DNA of 64,000 nt from contig NW_027590128.1 in assembly GCF_964213995.1 (NCBI RefSeq), forward strand, positions 1,302,001-1,366,000, written 5' to 3'. How positions within the stretch are numbered: the first letter of the stretch is position 1; each line of letters begins with the position of its first letter. This document shows, piece by piece, positions 11,093 to 23,498 of this stretch. This stretch comes from Mustelus asterias (lineage: Eukaryota). A program made the translations under genes and the position numbers. The notes under the pieces are model-generated. The model searched no databases. It saw only the letters and a list, made by a program, of their open reading frames with translations, and was not told the origin of the DNA.

Positions 11093-12989
11093 TGACTAAA
11101 CCTCTGACTAACCTGACTAAAACGGAGGATAAAGTATTGGTGTCTGGAAGGGCGAAAAGAATACACTTGGCTTCCTTGTAGATCTGTGGCACCAAGTTCA
11201 AGACTCCTTCATGAATCATCCTCTTGGCCTCTCGCCTGTCAACTGTCCATGAGAATCTTATATGTTTCAGAATGTTCACTGCTCATTCTTCCAAACCCAA
11301 TGAGTATAGGTGCAACCCTTCCCCAAAAGACGAGTTGGATTCTGCGGCATCACTTGCCCCGAGGTCAAAGGACCTTTGTGTGGTCCACCCCCTGGCCTGC
11401 TACGATTCCTGTGGTGGGTGGGATGGGAGAATTCTCCCCTACACCTTCACAACCTTTCCTCAAAAGGCAACACCTTCATCTTAGGAATGGGCCTGGTGAA
11501 CTTTCTCTGAACTCATTCCAATGAAAGCATGTCATTCCATAAGTAGGGAGACCAGAACCGTACACAGTATTCCAGCTGCTATCTCAGCAATGTTCTGTGT
11601 AGGTGCAGCAAGTTCCATTTTTCAAACTCCACCCCCTTGCAGTAAAGTCCAACACTCCATTTGCCGCCTTCTTTACTTGCTGTACCTTCATCCTATTTTT
11701 TCACGATTCATGTACAAGGACACCCAGATTCCTCTCTACGGCAGTATTCTTCAGTTTCTGTATATTTAAACAATTTTTTGCTTCTCTATTCTTCCTGCCA
11801 AAGTGGAAAAGCTCCCACTTTCCCGCACTATACTCCATCTGCCATTTTTCTGTCCATTCAGGTAACTTATCTGTGCCCCTTACAGATTTTTTGTAATAAC
11901 CTCACAACTTGCTTTTCTACCTATCTTTGTATCATCAATTCTGGCTTCATCCAAGTCATTGATCAAGGTGGCTGTTTTTCTCTCTCTCAGTTGTGGGTGA
12001 TATTTGTCTCTATTCTCCTGGAAACTGAATGAATCTTGTTCCAAACTGGGTTCAATATCAGACATTTCAGGGAGTCAGGAATCATTCGCCCCTGAACCTA
12101 CACTGGTAAAACCCCAGGCAGTTCCTCAGTAAGGATTTTTCTGGTTCCTCACCATATATTAGTCAGGATACTGAAACCCAGCTTTTTTACAGGCCACTCC
12201 TGGAGGCCCCACTCCCTGAGCCGACAACATTCAGCAGTGTCAGTGCTGAAGTTTCACAGTGGGAGTGATTCCCAGAGTAACTGTCAATCAGATCACCATT
12301 GATGTCCAGGTTTGTGTATTTTTAGTTATCCTGATGTCTAACACACACACATCAATAAAACAGGGAATTCCTGCAAACAAACTGCAGCTTCTTCTCTATC
12401 TGGACAGACAATGTTTGTTGAATAATTGTCCCAGCGGTTAACAAGCTCCTGTGAACTCATCCAACTCGTATTTTAATACTGACTTTAACAAATATATTTT
12501 AAACAGGTTTATTTTAAATGAGTTAAAACCAGCCTTAAAATGGTATATATAGTATAACAACCATAGTACTTTTCAGACTGGAAACTTTAACCTGCTGTTT
12601 CACTTTGATTTAGGAGCAGATCCCAGTTTTACACCAGTCTCTGATTCATGTATCCAGCATTCACCGTCATTCTAAAAGCAGAAGTTGCTGCAAAATCTCA
12701 GTAAGTCTGACAGAATCTGTAAAGTCAGGAACAATTAATGTTTCCAGTTGAATGTGACTCTTCTTCAGTGTCAAAACATTAGTTCTGTTTCTCTCTCCAG
12801 AGATGCTGTCAGACCTGCTGAGTTTTTACAGCACTTCTTGTTTTTATTTCCGAGTTCAGGACTCAGACAAGACAATCCACAATACAAATCTTACAACTGG
12901 GCCAGGGTTTATTAACATCAGCAGAAACAGACACCGATGAAAATGGTTGGGACCTCGATGTGATGAACAGCAAAATTCAGTCCTTGCAG

Positions 12990-13664
12990 TCACTCGTGAA
13001 CATGATGGTGTTTCAGCAGGTGAGGTGACTGAGTGAATCCCTTCCCACACACGGAGCAGGTGAATGGCCTGTCCCCAGTGTGAATTCGCTGGTGCTTTAC
13101 CAGGTTGGATGATTGACTGAATCCCTTGCCACAATCAGAGCAGGTGAATGGTCTCTCCCCAGTGTGAACTCGCTGGTGCCTCCGCAGGCTGGATGAACAA
13201 GTGAATCCCTCCCCACACTGAGGGCAGCTGAATGGCGTCTCCCCAGTGTGAACTCGCTGGTGTTTCCGCAGGTTGGATAACTGAGTGAATCCCTTCCCAC
13301 AATGAGAGCAGCTGAATGGCCTCTCCCCAGTGTGAACTCGCTGGTGTGTCTGCAGGTGGGATGAACAAGTGAATCCCTTCCCACACTGAGGACATGTAAA
13401 TGGTCTCTCTGCCGTGTGAACTCGCTGGTGCCTCCGCAGGTGGGTTGAACAAGTGAATCCCTTCCCACACTGAGAACACGTGAACGGTCTCTCCCCAGTG
13501 TGAACTCGCTGGTGTCTCTGCAGGCTGGATGACTGAGTGAATCCCTCCCCACACTGAGAGCAGGTGAACGGCCTCTCCCCAGTGTGGTTGCGCCGATGAA
13601 CTTCCAGCTCAGACGGGTATCTGTATCTCTTCCCACAGTCCACACATTTCCATGGTTTCTCCAT
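12990..13664 (-). CDS. C2H2 ZNF-D, 8 fingers, intact ORF
   Basis: MEKPWKC start at 13664; 8 fingers with TGERPF linkers; acceptor near 14015. Confidence 0.9.
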   Translation of the reverse strand: MEKPWKCVDCGKRYRYPSELEVHRRNHTGERPFTCSQCGEGFTQSSSLQRHQRVHTGERPFTCSQCGKGFTCSTHLRRHQRVHTAERPFTCPQCGKGFTCSSHLQTHQRVHTGERPFSCSHCGKGFTQLSNLRKHQRVHTGETPFSCPQCGEGFTCSSSLRRHQRVHTGERPFTCSDCGKGFSQSSNLVKHQRIHTGDRPFTCSVCGKGFTQSPHLLKHHHVHE

Positions 13665-14183
13665 GGTGCAGGTGTCCTTGCCTCTCCCTTGGGTTACCAA
13701 TCAGTCGAAGCCTCGTCCACACACAGAACACGAGTACAGTCTCTCCCTGCTGTGAATGGTGTGATATTTATTCAGGCTGTGTAACTGGTTAAAGCTCTTT
13801 AGTCAGTGCACTGGAACACTCTCACTCGAGTGTGACAGTGTGTTGCTGCTTTTCCAGTCACACTGATGTTTGAAATCTTTTCAAATCAACAGACCGGACA
13901 ATCATTTCTCCTTCTAGATTCAAAGGCCGATGATATTCAGCTCCCAAGGAATATGAGTCTGTCAGATCTAGACGTGAAGTTTGAGATTTCAGTCTGTGAT
14001 TCCTCTTTCAGTATCCTGGAAAATGAGTTTACAAAAGTCATCAGTGTCAGTGCAGGATAGAAATTCAGAACAGACAATTCTAGTTTCTATCGAACATTCT
14101 TTCCTATTTCAGTCCTAAAAAGCTGTAAATCTCCATCCCACACACTCTCCCTCCATTCTCACTCTGCTGTATCTAATATTCAC

Positions 14184-14262
14184 CCTCCCAATTCTCCTGA
14201 AGGTGCTGATTGAGGCTGATTGACAGATCCATGCTCACTGCTTCCTGTCCTGGACACAGAGA
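14184..14262 (-). other. Conserved small upstream exon of the ZNF unit (also ~42309-42365, ~45822-45895, partial ~26885-26935)
   Basis: Same ~80-nt sequence ending GGGAGG|GTGAAT (donor-like), ~150 nt before the conserved acceptor in several paralogs. Confidence 0.6.
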
Positions 14263-15334
14263 CCATAACAAATAGGAGCTGCAGTCGGCCATTTGGCTCA
14301 TCGAGCCTTTTAAACTATTCAATGAGATAATTCGTTCATCTACCTCAGCATCATTCTCCCCACACTAAACCCATATCCCTTGATATCTTCAATATCCAGA
14401 AACCAATCAATCTCTCTCTTGAAAATAGTTGATGACTGAGGCTTCACTGTCCTCAAGGGTTGAGAATTCCAAAGCTTTAGCACATCCTTGAGTGAAGAAA
14501 TCCCCTCACATATTAGCTTTTGCTCCATCTTCTTGTCTGTTCCCCATAACTCTTGACACCATTGTCAGTCAAAGATCTGTCTAACTGGAATATATTCAAT
14601 GATCCTCAGCCTCCACTGGTCCCTGTGGAAGAGAAATCCAAAAGACTAACAACCCTCTGAGGGAAGAGATGTCTTGAAATATATAACGGAGCTACAGTTC
14701 CATATTACAAGATATTCAGATCCCAAGGAATATGACTCTGTTTGGATGTGACGGTTGAGATTTTTGCCTTTGATTCCTCATTCAATATCCTATGAAATGA
14801 GTTTGCAAAAGTCATCACATTCAGTATAGGATAGAAATTCAGAGCAGACAATTCTAGTTTCTATGGAACATTCTTTCCTATTTCATTCCCAAAAAGTTGT
14901 AACTCTCCATCCATATCTATGGATTCTATTTAAAAATGAAAGTGGTTGGGCATTTGAAGGAAATAAACTTTCAGGAGAGTGAGGATATCGAGTGGGAATG
15001 GGACTGGAATGTTATACAGAGAGTCAGCATGGACTCGAGTTACCGAATGGATTCCTTCTGTGCTGTAATGACTTTATGACTGGAAATGTATAACATTGCT
15101 ACAGGATTATATTACAATGCAAGAACTAATAATAAAAGTATTTTATTACAGAAACATAAATAATATATCTAATCTGGGTACCATATAATAACACTAGACA
15201 GATCTCTGTCCTATATTAACGTTCTGTCCCCTTAAATGTCAGCCATCTCCTGGGGAAAGCTGCCCTTTAATTATGAACATTAGGAAAAAGACCATCCTTT
15301 TAGACAGACAAATAAATGTGTCAAGCTGAGGGAG

Positions 15335-15820
15335 CAAAGGATGTTTACCAGGCTGATTCAGGGAATGGCGGGACTGATGTATGAGGAGAGATTGCCCAGG
15401 TTAGAATTGTTTTCGTTGGAGTTCAGATGAATGAGGGGGGAGTCTCAAAGAGACTTATAAAATTCTAACAGGTCGAGACAGGATAGATGCAGGGAGGATG
15501 TTCCCGATGGAGTCCAGAACCGGGGGTCACAGTCTGATGATTCAGGGCAGACCATTTAGGACGGAGGTGAGGAGACATTTCTTCACCCAAAGAGTAGTCA
15601 CCCTGTGGAATTCATTACCACAGGAAGTAGTTGGTGCCAAAACATTGAATGTATTCAAGAGGCGGCTGGATAAAGCACTTGGGGTGAATGGGATCACAGG
15701 TTATGGGGAAAAAGCAGGATTAGGCTACTCAGTTGGATGATCAGCCATGATCATAATGAATGGCGGAGCAGGCTCGAAGGGCCAAATGGCCTCCTCCTGC
15801 TCCTATCATCTCTGTTTCTA
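15335..15820 (+). mobile_element. CR1-type LINE 3' fragment
   Basis: FRTEVRRHFFTQRVVTLWNSLP motif and tail hairpin. Confidence 0.85.
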
Positions 15821-16003
15821 TATCAATGTCTTTAAGAGAGAGAGAGAGAGAGAGAGGGAGACCTGGGCCAACCTTTCCAGAGTCTGCACCCTCCCTGGAT
15901 TCACTTCCTTTCCCTTCAGTTGCTGCAAGTCCCCAATTTCCCCCAGAATGAGAAAAGAAATGGAAAGGGGGAGAAAAGAAAGTGTGTTACTCACAGATGT
16001 TGG

Positions 16004-17522
16004 CCTCTTTTAGGTCAAAACAAATAAACAAACTCAGATTAAGTCAGGACAAAGTAAAAGGGGCAGCTCCCCAAAAGGAGGGGGAACAGTCCGAACAGAA
16101 ATCAAAGTACAAAGGAAACTTAAAAACATCAAATTAAAATGTGATTATTAGGGTCGATAACGCACCCCAACCCCTGCGGTGCCCAGTGGGCGCGGAAGGC
16201 GTCAACCGCGCCCGTGGACACCGCATGCTCCCTCTCCAGGGACACCCGGCCGTGAACGTAGCCGCGGTAGAGGGGAAGACAGTCAGGATGGACGGCCCCC
16301 TCGATCGCCCGCAGCCTGGACCGGTAAATGGCGCGTTTCGCCAGGCCCAGGAGCAGGTTCACGAGGAGATCGCCATCCCGACCCCAACAAAAAGAAAGTG
16401 CAACCTAAGACACAAAACATAGACATGGTCCACGGACTTCACAAGGCCACAGAAGGGGCAAGCTTCATAGCCCGTGAACCAGTGAATCCTACGGTTGTGC
16501 GGAACTGCTGCATGCATCACCCTTCACCCCAGGTCCCCGATGTAATTGGGGCAATCCCTCCGTAGAGGGACCTCTACGGAAACAAGGCCCGCCAAGGTGT
16601 ATCCGGGCGGCAGGCGAGGAAGCAGTAGTGGAGGGTGTGCAGCAGCAGCCCGCACAGGAAACGCCTCCGCGCGGTAGGAAAAGGCACGGAGGACATTTCC
16701 GCGAGGCGGCTCAGGCTGTGGGGCACCTCACCCAGGGGAGGGGGCTGAGGCTTTGGGCCAATGTGGAATTCTGTCCGAACAGGGGAACGCTCCGGCGGGA
16801 TCCCACCGCACGCCTGCGCCGCCTCGAGTTTGCGTGCACTTTCGGGGCCGAGCACGACCGTCCTAAGGTCTAGGATGGCTTTGGCCGCGTGCCGGACGGT
16901 CGTCCCCACGCGCTCAGCCAGCACGCGGGGGCCCATCCAGCCCGCTCCTCCGCCATCGAGCACGTCCCCGATTCTGGTCACCCCGGCGTCCACAGCCCTC
17001 CTCTCCGCCAGCCACCTGAAGTCATACGGCTGGAGGAGCGGATTCCTGAGCAGCGGCTCTCGCACGAGAGCTGCTACTCCTGACGGGGGAGAGCTGTGTC
17101 GCGAGGCGACCGTGTTCCAGACGGTGAGGAGGTCCTGGTAAAAGATGGGCAACTCCTGCAGGGTGGTCGAAGCACGCCCCAGTTCGATATGCAGGAGCTG
17201 CACGTCATAATTGAGGCCGTGCCAGTGGCAGAAGAAATATGGCACACCACTGTGGAGGGGGCTCAACGTAAAGGTACCTTTAGCGGAAGGTCGCTATCTG
17301 AGTGCGGAGGCACACCAGACCTTGTCCGCCCTCCTCAAGCGGGAGATACAGAACAAGGAGGGCAGACTGCAGGGACCCAGTGCAGTCGATTGCCCCAGAA
17401 GAACCGCACGAGGGTTCTCTGGATATCGGTGACAAAGCCAGGGGGAGGGGTCAAAGGGACCAGCCGGTACCACAGCATGGAGGCGAGCAGCTGGTTTATG
17501 ACGAGAACCCACGCCCGTGAAT
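16004..17522 (-). mobile_element. 5'-truncated, GC-rich Tx1-clade non-LTR retrotransposon (ORF2 C-terminal part, frameshifted)
   Basis: VLVINQLLASMLWYRL..L.PPP.FV.DIQR.LV.FFW, LP.FYQDLL.VW and NLLLGLAK.AIYRSR..FRAHWAPQG motifs recognised as Tx1-like ORF2. Confidence 0.8.
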
Positions 17523-18189
17523 GGTCACAAACACTCACCTCTGAAACAATTTAACTGATTTTAATATTAAAATCTCCTGCTGGAGCCTGCAGCTGGAAAG
17601 ATATCAGAAGCATTGGCATCAGAGAAAAATCTCCCAGTTGAGGAAATCCCCGGGGAGCGGGGGTGATGTCACTGTGCAATTGTAAGTATGTGATGAGATC
17701 ACAGACAGGAACACAGAATACCTGGGTCTGTGCAAACCAGTGAACACCACACATTATGGAGGATGTGAGGCTCCTTGACAGGGTGCAGAGGAGATTTATC
17801 AAAATGGTTTCAGGGATGAGGAATTATAGTGACAATGTTAGGCTGGATAACTTGGGGTTGTTCTCCTTGGAGCAAAGTAGATTGATTGAGGTGTACAAGG
17901 GTACATGGAGGTGTCAAAGTTTACATGCTCTGTTTACACGTGTACAAGCTCTGTCTATGGGTCATCCAGTCTCGAAACGTTGGTTCTATTCTCTCTCCAC
18001 AGATGCTGTCAGATCTGCTGAGATTTTCCAGCATTTATTGTTTTTATTTTCCTTTCTTTTTCCTTCTCTGCCACCGCTCTGCCTCATCAATAAGACATTG
18101 GGACTCAGGGTTGATGCAGTTTGATGGACAAGTTGTCTCCATTCTGAGCACTGGGGAACAAGCCCCTCCCACTGATTGACAACATTGCC

Positions 18190-18605
18190 CTCTACAAACA
18201 TGGCGGCCGCACGTGCGCACTGCTGCCTATTGCCCCCAATAAAGATGGCGAACGTTAACCCTGGACGAACACGAGGAGCTGCAGCCTTGCTCGGTACAAA
18301 CTGGGTCCGGGAAGTTCTCTTCCGCGGTTTGCGGCTTACACAACATGCTTATGCAGCGTTTCCACCCACCTGGACGATCCATTGCTCTCTCCGTACCTCC
18401 AGTCACCTCTAACAGATTTCCGAGCCCACAGCAAAAGCCGTTTCCCATCGCCATTACTCATACTGCGCATGCTCGAGTCAAAGTTGGCCCCGCCCCTCGT
18501 TCGCTCCGATTGGTTGGAGGACCGACCGCTCCATGTCGGTCCTCCAGCACTGTCCCCTCTTCCCATTGGTCCGCGCTGCCGTCAATCAGCCGGGCATTGT
18601 GACGG
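18190..18605. promoter_or_regulatory. CpG-rich ZNF-type promoter (likely for ZNF-D)
   Basis: YY1 ACATGGCGG/AAGATGGCG, NRF1-like TGCGCATGC, GC box, two ATTGG boxes; same module as 5010-5130. Confidence 0.6.
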
Positions 18606-18629
18606 TGATTTGCTGCTTGTCCAATAATA

Positions 18630-20050
18630 ACAGTAAGAAGTTTAACAACACCAGGTTAAAGTCCAACAGGTCTATTTGGTAGCAAACGTCACACAAGCTT
18701 TCGGAGCCTCAAGCCCCTTCTTCAGGTGAGTGGGAATTCTGTTCACAAACAGAGCATATAAAGACATAGACTCAATTTACATGAATAATGGTTGGAATGC
18801 GAATCCTTGCAGCTAATCAAGTCTTAAAGGTACAAACAATGTGAGTGGAGAGCTTCCACTCTAAACACGTTAAAGAAGCCATCCCCTACGGACAAGCCCT
18901 CCGTATACACAGGATCTGCTCGGATGAGGAGGATCGCAACAGACACCTCCAGACGCTGAAAGATGCCCTCATAAGAACAGGATATAGCGCTCAACTCATC
19001 GATCGACAGTTCCGACGCGCCACAGCGAAAAACCGCACCGACCTCCTCAGAAGACAAACACGGGACACGGTGGACAGAGTACCCTTCGTCGTCCAGTACT
19101 TCATCGGAGCGGAGAAGCTACGGCATCTCCTCTGGAGCCTTCAACATGTCATTGATGAAGACGAACATCTCGCCAAGGCCATCCCCACACCCCCACTTCT
19201 TGCCTTCAAACAACCGCACAACCTCAAACAGACCATTGTCCGCAGCAAACTACCCAGCCTTCAGGAGAACAGTGACCACGACACCACACAACCCTGCCAC
19301 AGCAACCTCTGCAACACGTGCCGGATCATCGACACAGATGCCATCATCTCACGTGAGAACACCATCCACCAGGTACACGGTACATACTCTTGCAACTCGG
19401 CCAACGTTGTCTACCTGATACGCTGCAGGAAAGTATGTCCCGAGGCATGGTACATTGGGGAAACCATGCAGACACTGCGACAACGGATGAATGAACATCG
19501 CTCGACAATCACCAGGCAAGACTGTTCTCTTCCTGTTGGGGAGCACTTGAGCGGTCACGGGCATTCAGCCTCTGATCTTCGGGTAAGCGTTCTCCAAGGC
19601 TGCCTTCACGACACATGACAGCGCAGAGTCGCTGAGCAGAAACTGATAGCCAAGTTCCGCACACGAGGACGGCCTCAACCGGGATATTGGGTTCATGACA
19701 CACTATCTGTACTCCCCACAGCTTGCCTGGACTTGCAGAGTCTCACTGGCTGTCCTGTCTGGAGACAATACACATCTCTTTAGCCTGTCTTGATGCTCTC
19801 TCCACCGCATTGTTTGTACCTTTAAGACTTGATTAGCTGTAAGTATTCGCATTCCACCACTATTCTGTAAATTGAGTTTGTGTCTTTATATGCCCTGTTT
19901 GTGAACAGAATTCCCACTCACCTGAAGAAGGAGCTTAAGGCTCCGAAAGCTTGTGGCTTTTTCTACCAAATAAACCTGTTGGACTTTAACCTGGTGTTGT
20001 TAAACTTCTTACTGTGTTTACCCCAGTCCAACGCCGGCATCTCCACATTA
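18630..20050 (+). mobile_element. Penelope-like element (Neptune-type), 5'-truncated, with inverted copy of its 3' pLTR at the 5' end
   Basis: ORF 18845-19618: RT thumb (AIPYGQALRIHRICSD), CxxxxCxxC linker, GIY-YIG (VVYLIRC..WYIGET..RMNEH); 18631-18853 is the reverse complement of ~19797-20015. Confidence 0.9.
19917..19956 (+). ncRNA. Minimal type I hammerhead ribozyme motif in Penelope pLTR (inverted copy ~18690-18730)
   Basis: CAC-CTGAAGA-A-GGAGC/ttaag/GCTCC-GAA-AGCT-T-GTG: core boxes, stem II, palindromic stem III, short stem I. Confidence 0.75.
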
Positions 20051-22149
20051 GCAATAACAGAGTCTCAGTGTAACAATGACACACACAGGCTCCAATACAA
20101 TCAGAGTGGAGATGGGGCACAGAGACAACACAGCAAAGCACTGACTTACTCTGAGTGTAACAAATACAATGTTTGTTCAAATAATAAGAGTCACGTTGCA
20201 GTATGTTAGCGAACACAGCATTGGATCCAATGTAATGGTAATACAGTCAGTATCTCGTGCACCATAACCAAAGTTTCGGTTTCATTTGATAGTGTGAGTG
20301 AGTCATGGTCTATTGATATAATGTATTTAGATTCCGGTGTGTGTTACTCTGCCACTGTCATTATCAGACAATAGCCTGTCTGTTATTCCAATTCTGCTGT
20401 ATTCTACAACTGCAGTTTCAGTGTTTCTGAGGTCATTTTAACTGCAGGTAATCTGACATTAATGGAGACAAGAGGCCCAACAAACATTTGATTATAATAG
20501 GAGGACAAAGTGTAAGGGAACAATGATATTTTAAGGTGTCTGTGTTGTGGTGAGTGTCACTGGGAGGTGAGTGATAAAATACAAGTGGAAACATCATGAC
20601 AGAGACATGTGACTGACTCGGCCTGACTGAGAGCTGTTATACTCGAGGCGAGAATAATGAGGACATGGGGAACTCCAGGGATTTCTGATATCTGAGGTGT
20701 ATCTGTTAGAGGAACTGAAAATAATCAGTTCTTCCTCATGGTTATCTCCAGTTCTCAAGTTACACAGACACACAGGAAAGAGATCTGACAGCTCATCAAA
20801 CCCAATATTTTAATCTTCTGTTTGAGACACATTATAATCGAAAAGATCAAATATTAAAACCTGAGGAGAGAAACATTCAGAATGTCACAAGGATGAGTGA
20901 ACTGTCTAATTAATCCCATTCACCATAACTTTGCCAATTTATCCTCTGCAAGTATTTATCCAATTCCCTTTGAAAGCTACTATCAAACTTGCTTCTAGCA
21001 CCTGTCAGTTAGTGCATTCCAGATCATATGAAGTTATTGTGTAACAAATTCTCCTTATCACCCCCTCCAGTTCTGTTGTCAATTAAATTAAATCTCTGTG
21101 TCCTCTGCTTACAGACCTTCCTGCACGGAGGAAATCGATTCTCTCCATCGACAAACCCTCGTGCTCCTGGGAGATAATTTCTCTCCATTGACACTATCAT
21201 AAATTATTTGTCATTTTAAACACCTCTATTAAATCTCCCAGCACATTCCCCAACCTAAGATGGATAACCCATGTTTCTCCTGCCCTGAAGAATTATATGG
21301 ACTCAAAATGTTAACTCTGAACAGATGCCGCTGGACCTGCCGGGTTTTTCTGCTTTTCTCCCTGTCATTCCTTCCATAATCAATCAGAAACTCTTCATGA
21401 TTTTGAACATCTTGATCAAATAGGAACACACAGAGCCTGAGAGAGGTACAGAGGGAGAGACAGAAAGAAAAATTGAGAGATTTTAAAAAGCAGAAAGATG
21501 AGGTGGTCAAAGATAAAAGCTGAGAAACAGAGGAAACAAGCAATACAGAGAGAATGATCTGGAATATAAAGGAGCAGGCTATCAGTTCCCAGCTGTGGGG
21601 AGCACAGGGAACTCAGTAACTGATCCACAGACACAGCTGGTTATATCTGCGAATGGAAACTCTGAACAGAAATAACTGGCTCATTTGTAAATGTCACCAC
21701 AATGTGACCTGTGTGACTCTGCCCTGACTCTGTGGACAGATATAGGTCACATTGACAGATGTTCTCACCAGATTGTGGTCCCTGGATTTATTTTCTGCTC
21801 AGAAGTGAGATGTGCGTTTTTGAACCGGCAGCAGAGAAACAGGAAGTTGTGTTACCTGAGAATGAAACAGCCGGCGTCAGTTTGATGTTATCACCGTGAA
21901 CAGTCTTCCTGCCTGTGAGGGTGAACTCACTCTGACAGCATCAAGAACAACCACACAGATTGCTGCCGCTCTCAGCATTACAGTCACCTCCATTCCCATT
22001 TTAAACAATAAAGAAAGGAGATTATTTGGATTTTTAACACATTCACTGAATTGGGAGATGGACTGAGGGTCATCACTGGGAGAAATGAGGAGGAATTAGA
22101 GAACAAATGAGTTTTCCCAAAGAGGGTTATTAGAAAAGAGGAGATTTAA

Positions 22150-22590
22150 AGTGAGTCAGGGCCTGTCAGAGGAAGTGGGAGAGAGAAACAGAGAGGATTG
22201 AATCTCCATCAATTAGATGTTTTCTCAGACAGCGAAGAGAGATGAAGTTTGTTTGTGCCTTTTCAGAGAGAGGTAACGAGAGAGAGAAAACAATGAATAA
22301 GTTTAAGCAGATCTGAAATAGGAAGGTTAAATGAGTGAGTGTTTGAAAGAAAGATAGAGAGACATTAAGTGATGAACACAGTATCTGAGAGGGAAGAGGT
22401 TAAGTGAATGAGAGAGGAGCGAGGTTAGAATGTAAGAGAGATGGAAGGTAACGTGTGAGTGAATGCCTGGAGAAAGAGAGAGAGAGAGATGTTCAGTGAG
22501 TGTTAGAGAGATGAGAGATGTTAAGTGATTGAGTTTCTGAAAGAGAGGAGATGTTGAGTGAGTGAATGTCTAAAAGAGAGGAGAGCAGGT
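22150..22590. repeat. GA-rich low-complexity tract with degenerate GAGATGTTAAGTGAGTGA units
   Basis: Purine-rich composition with recurring motif. Confidence 0.6.
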
Positions 22591-23498
22591 TCACACCCAG
22601 GGGTCACTGAGAATGATCAAAATAAGGAGATCACCCAGAAAACTACCAACAGGAAACTTCAGCTGAACACATCACTCATTCTTAAATGGTCAGTCAGGGC
22701 TCTGATGCTGCTCAGCTTCTCTCTGTTCTGTTTATAATGGTTAAAGGCTGATAGGAGTGAGGTTTATTTAATAGGATAGTGTATGGGAAGCACACATCAA
22801 CAAAACTGAGAATTCTTGGACACACACTGCAGCTCCTTCTCTATCTGGGAATCAAATTGTTGTCTAATTGTCCCAGCAGTTAACAGGGTCCTTTGAACTT
22901 CTCCAGCTGCTACTTTAATGCAGACTTCAACCAATTTATTTGACGCCAGTTTCTGGTCAATAAACCAGGACTGACACACACACATTAAAATGTTTTACAC
23001 TTTTTTTCATTCTAAGTCTGGAAACCTAAACCTGCCGTTTCACTCTCAGTCAGGAATAGATCCCAGTTTTACACCAATCTTTGTCAGCACGTTTCCCGCA
23101 TTCACCGTTGTTCTTCCTGACTCTAAACACAGTTGTAAAGGAGCTTCTGTTCTGTGTCTGGGAGCTCTGAACCATGGAAAAGAACGACTGGGACACATTT
23201 CTTACACACCTCAGGATTCACCCACACGGGGACTTTGCTGTCAGTGAAAAGTGACGAAAAAGACCAAAGTGCTGTGTGACCCTCTCAGCGAGACCCTGAA
23301 GGACTGTGTCTAGAATGAAGTTCTGTTCCTACTGTATGATCCTCCCTCAGATTGCCCTTTCTGAGCTCCAGCCTGGTGACGTTAAACACTCAAATGGAAA
23401 AGACAAAAATCTACAACAATGATTCAATCAAATGTCTATTTCACATTTATTCAGAATATCAAACCTCAACAGAAGAAAAAAGTCAGAGAGAACATGAT

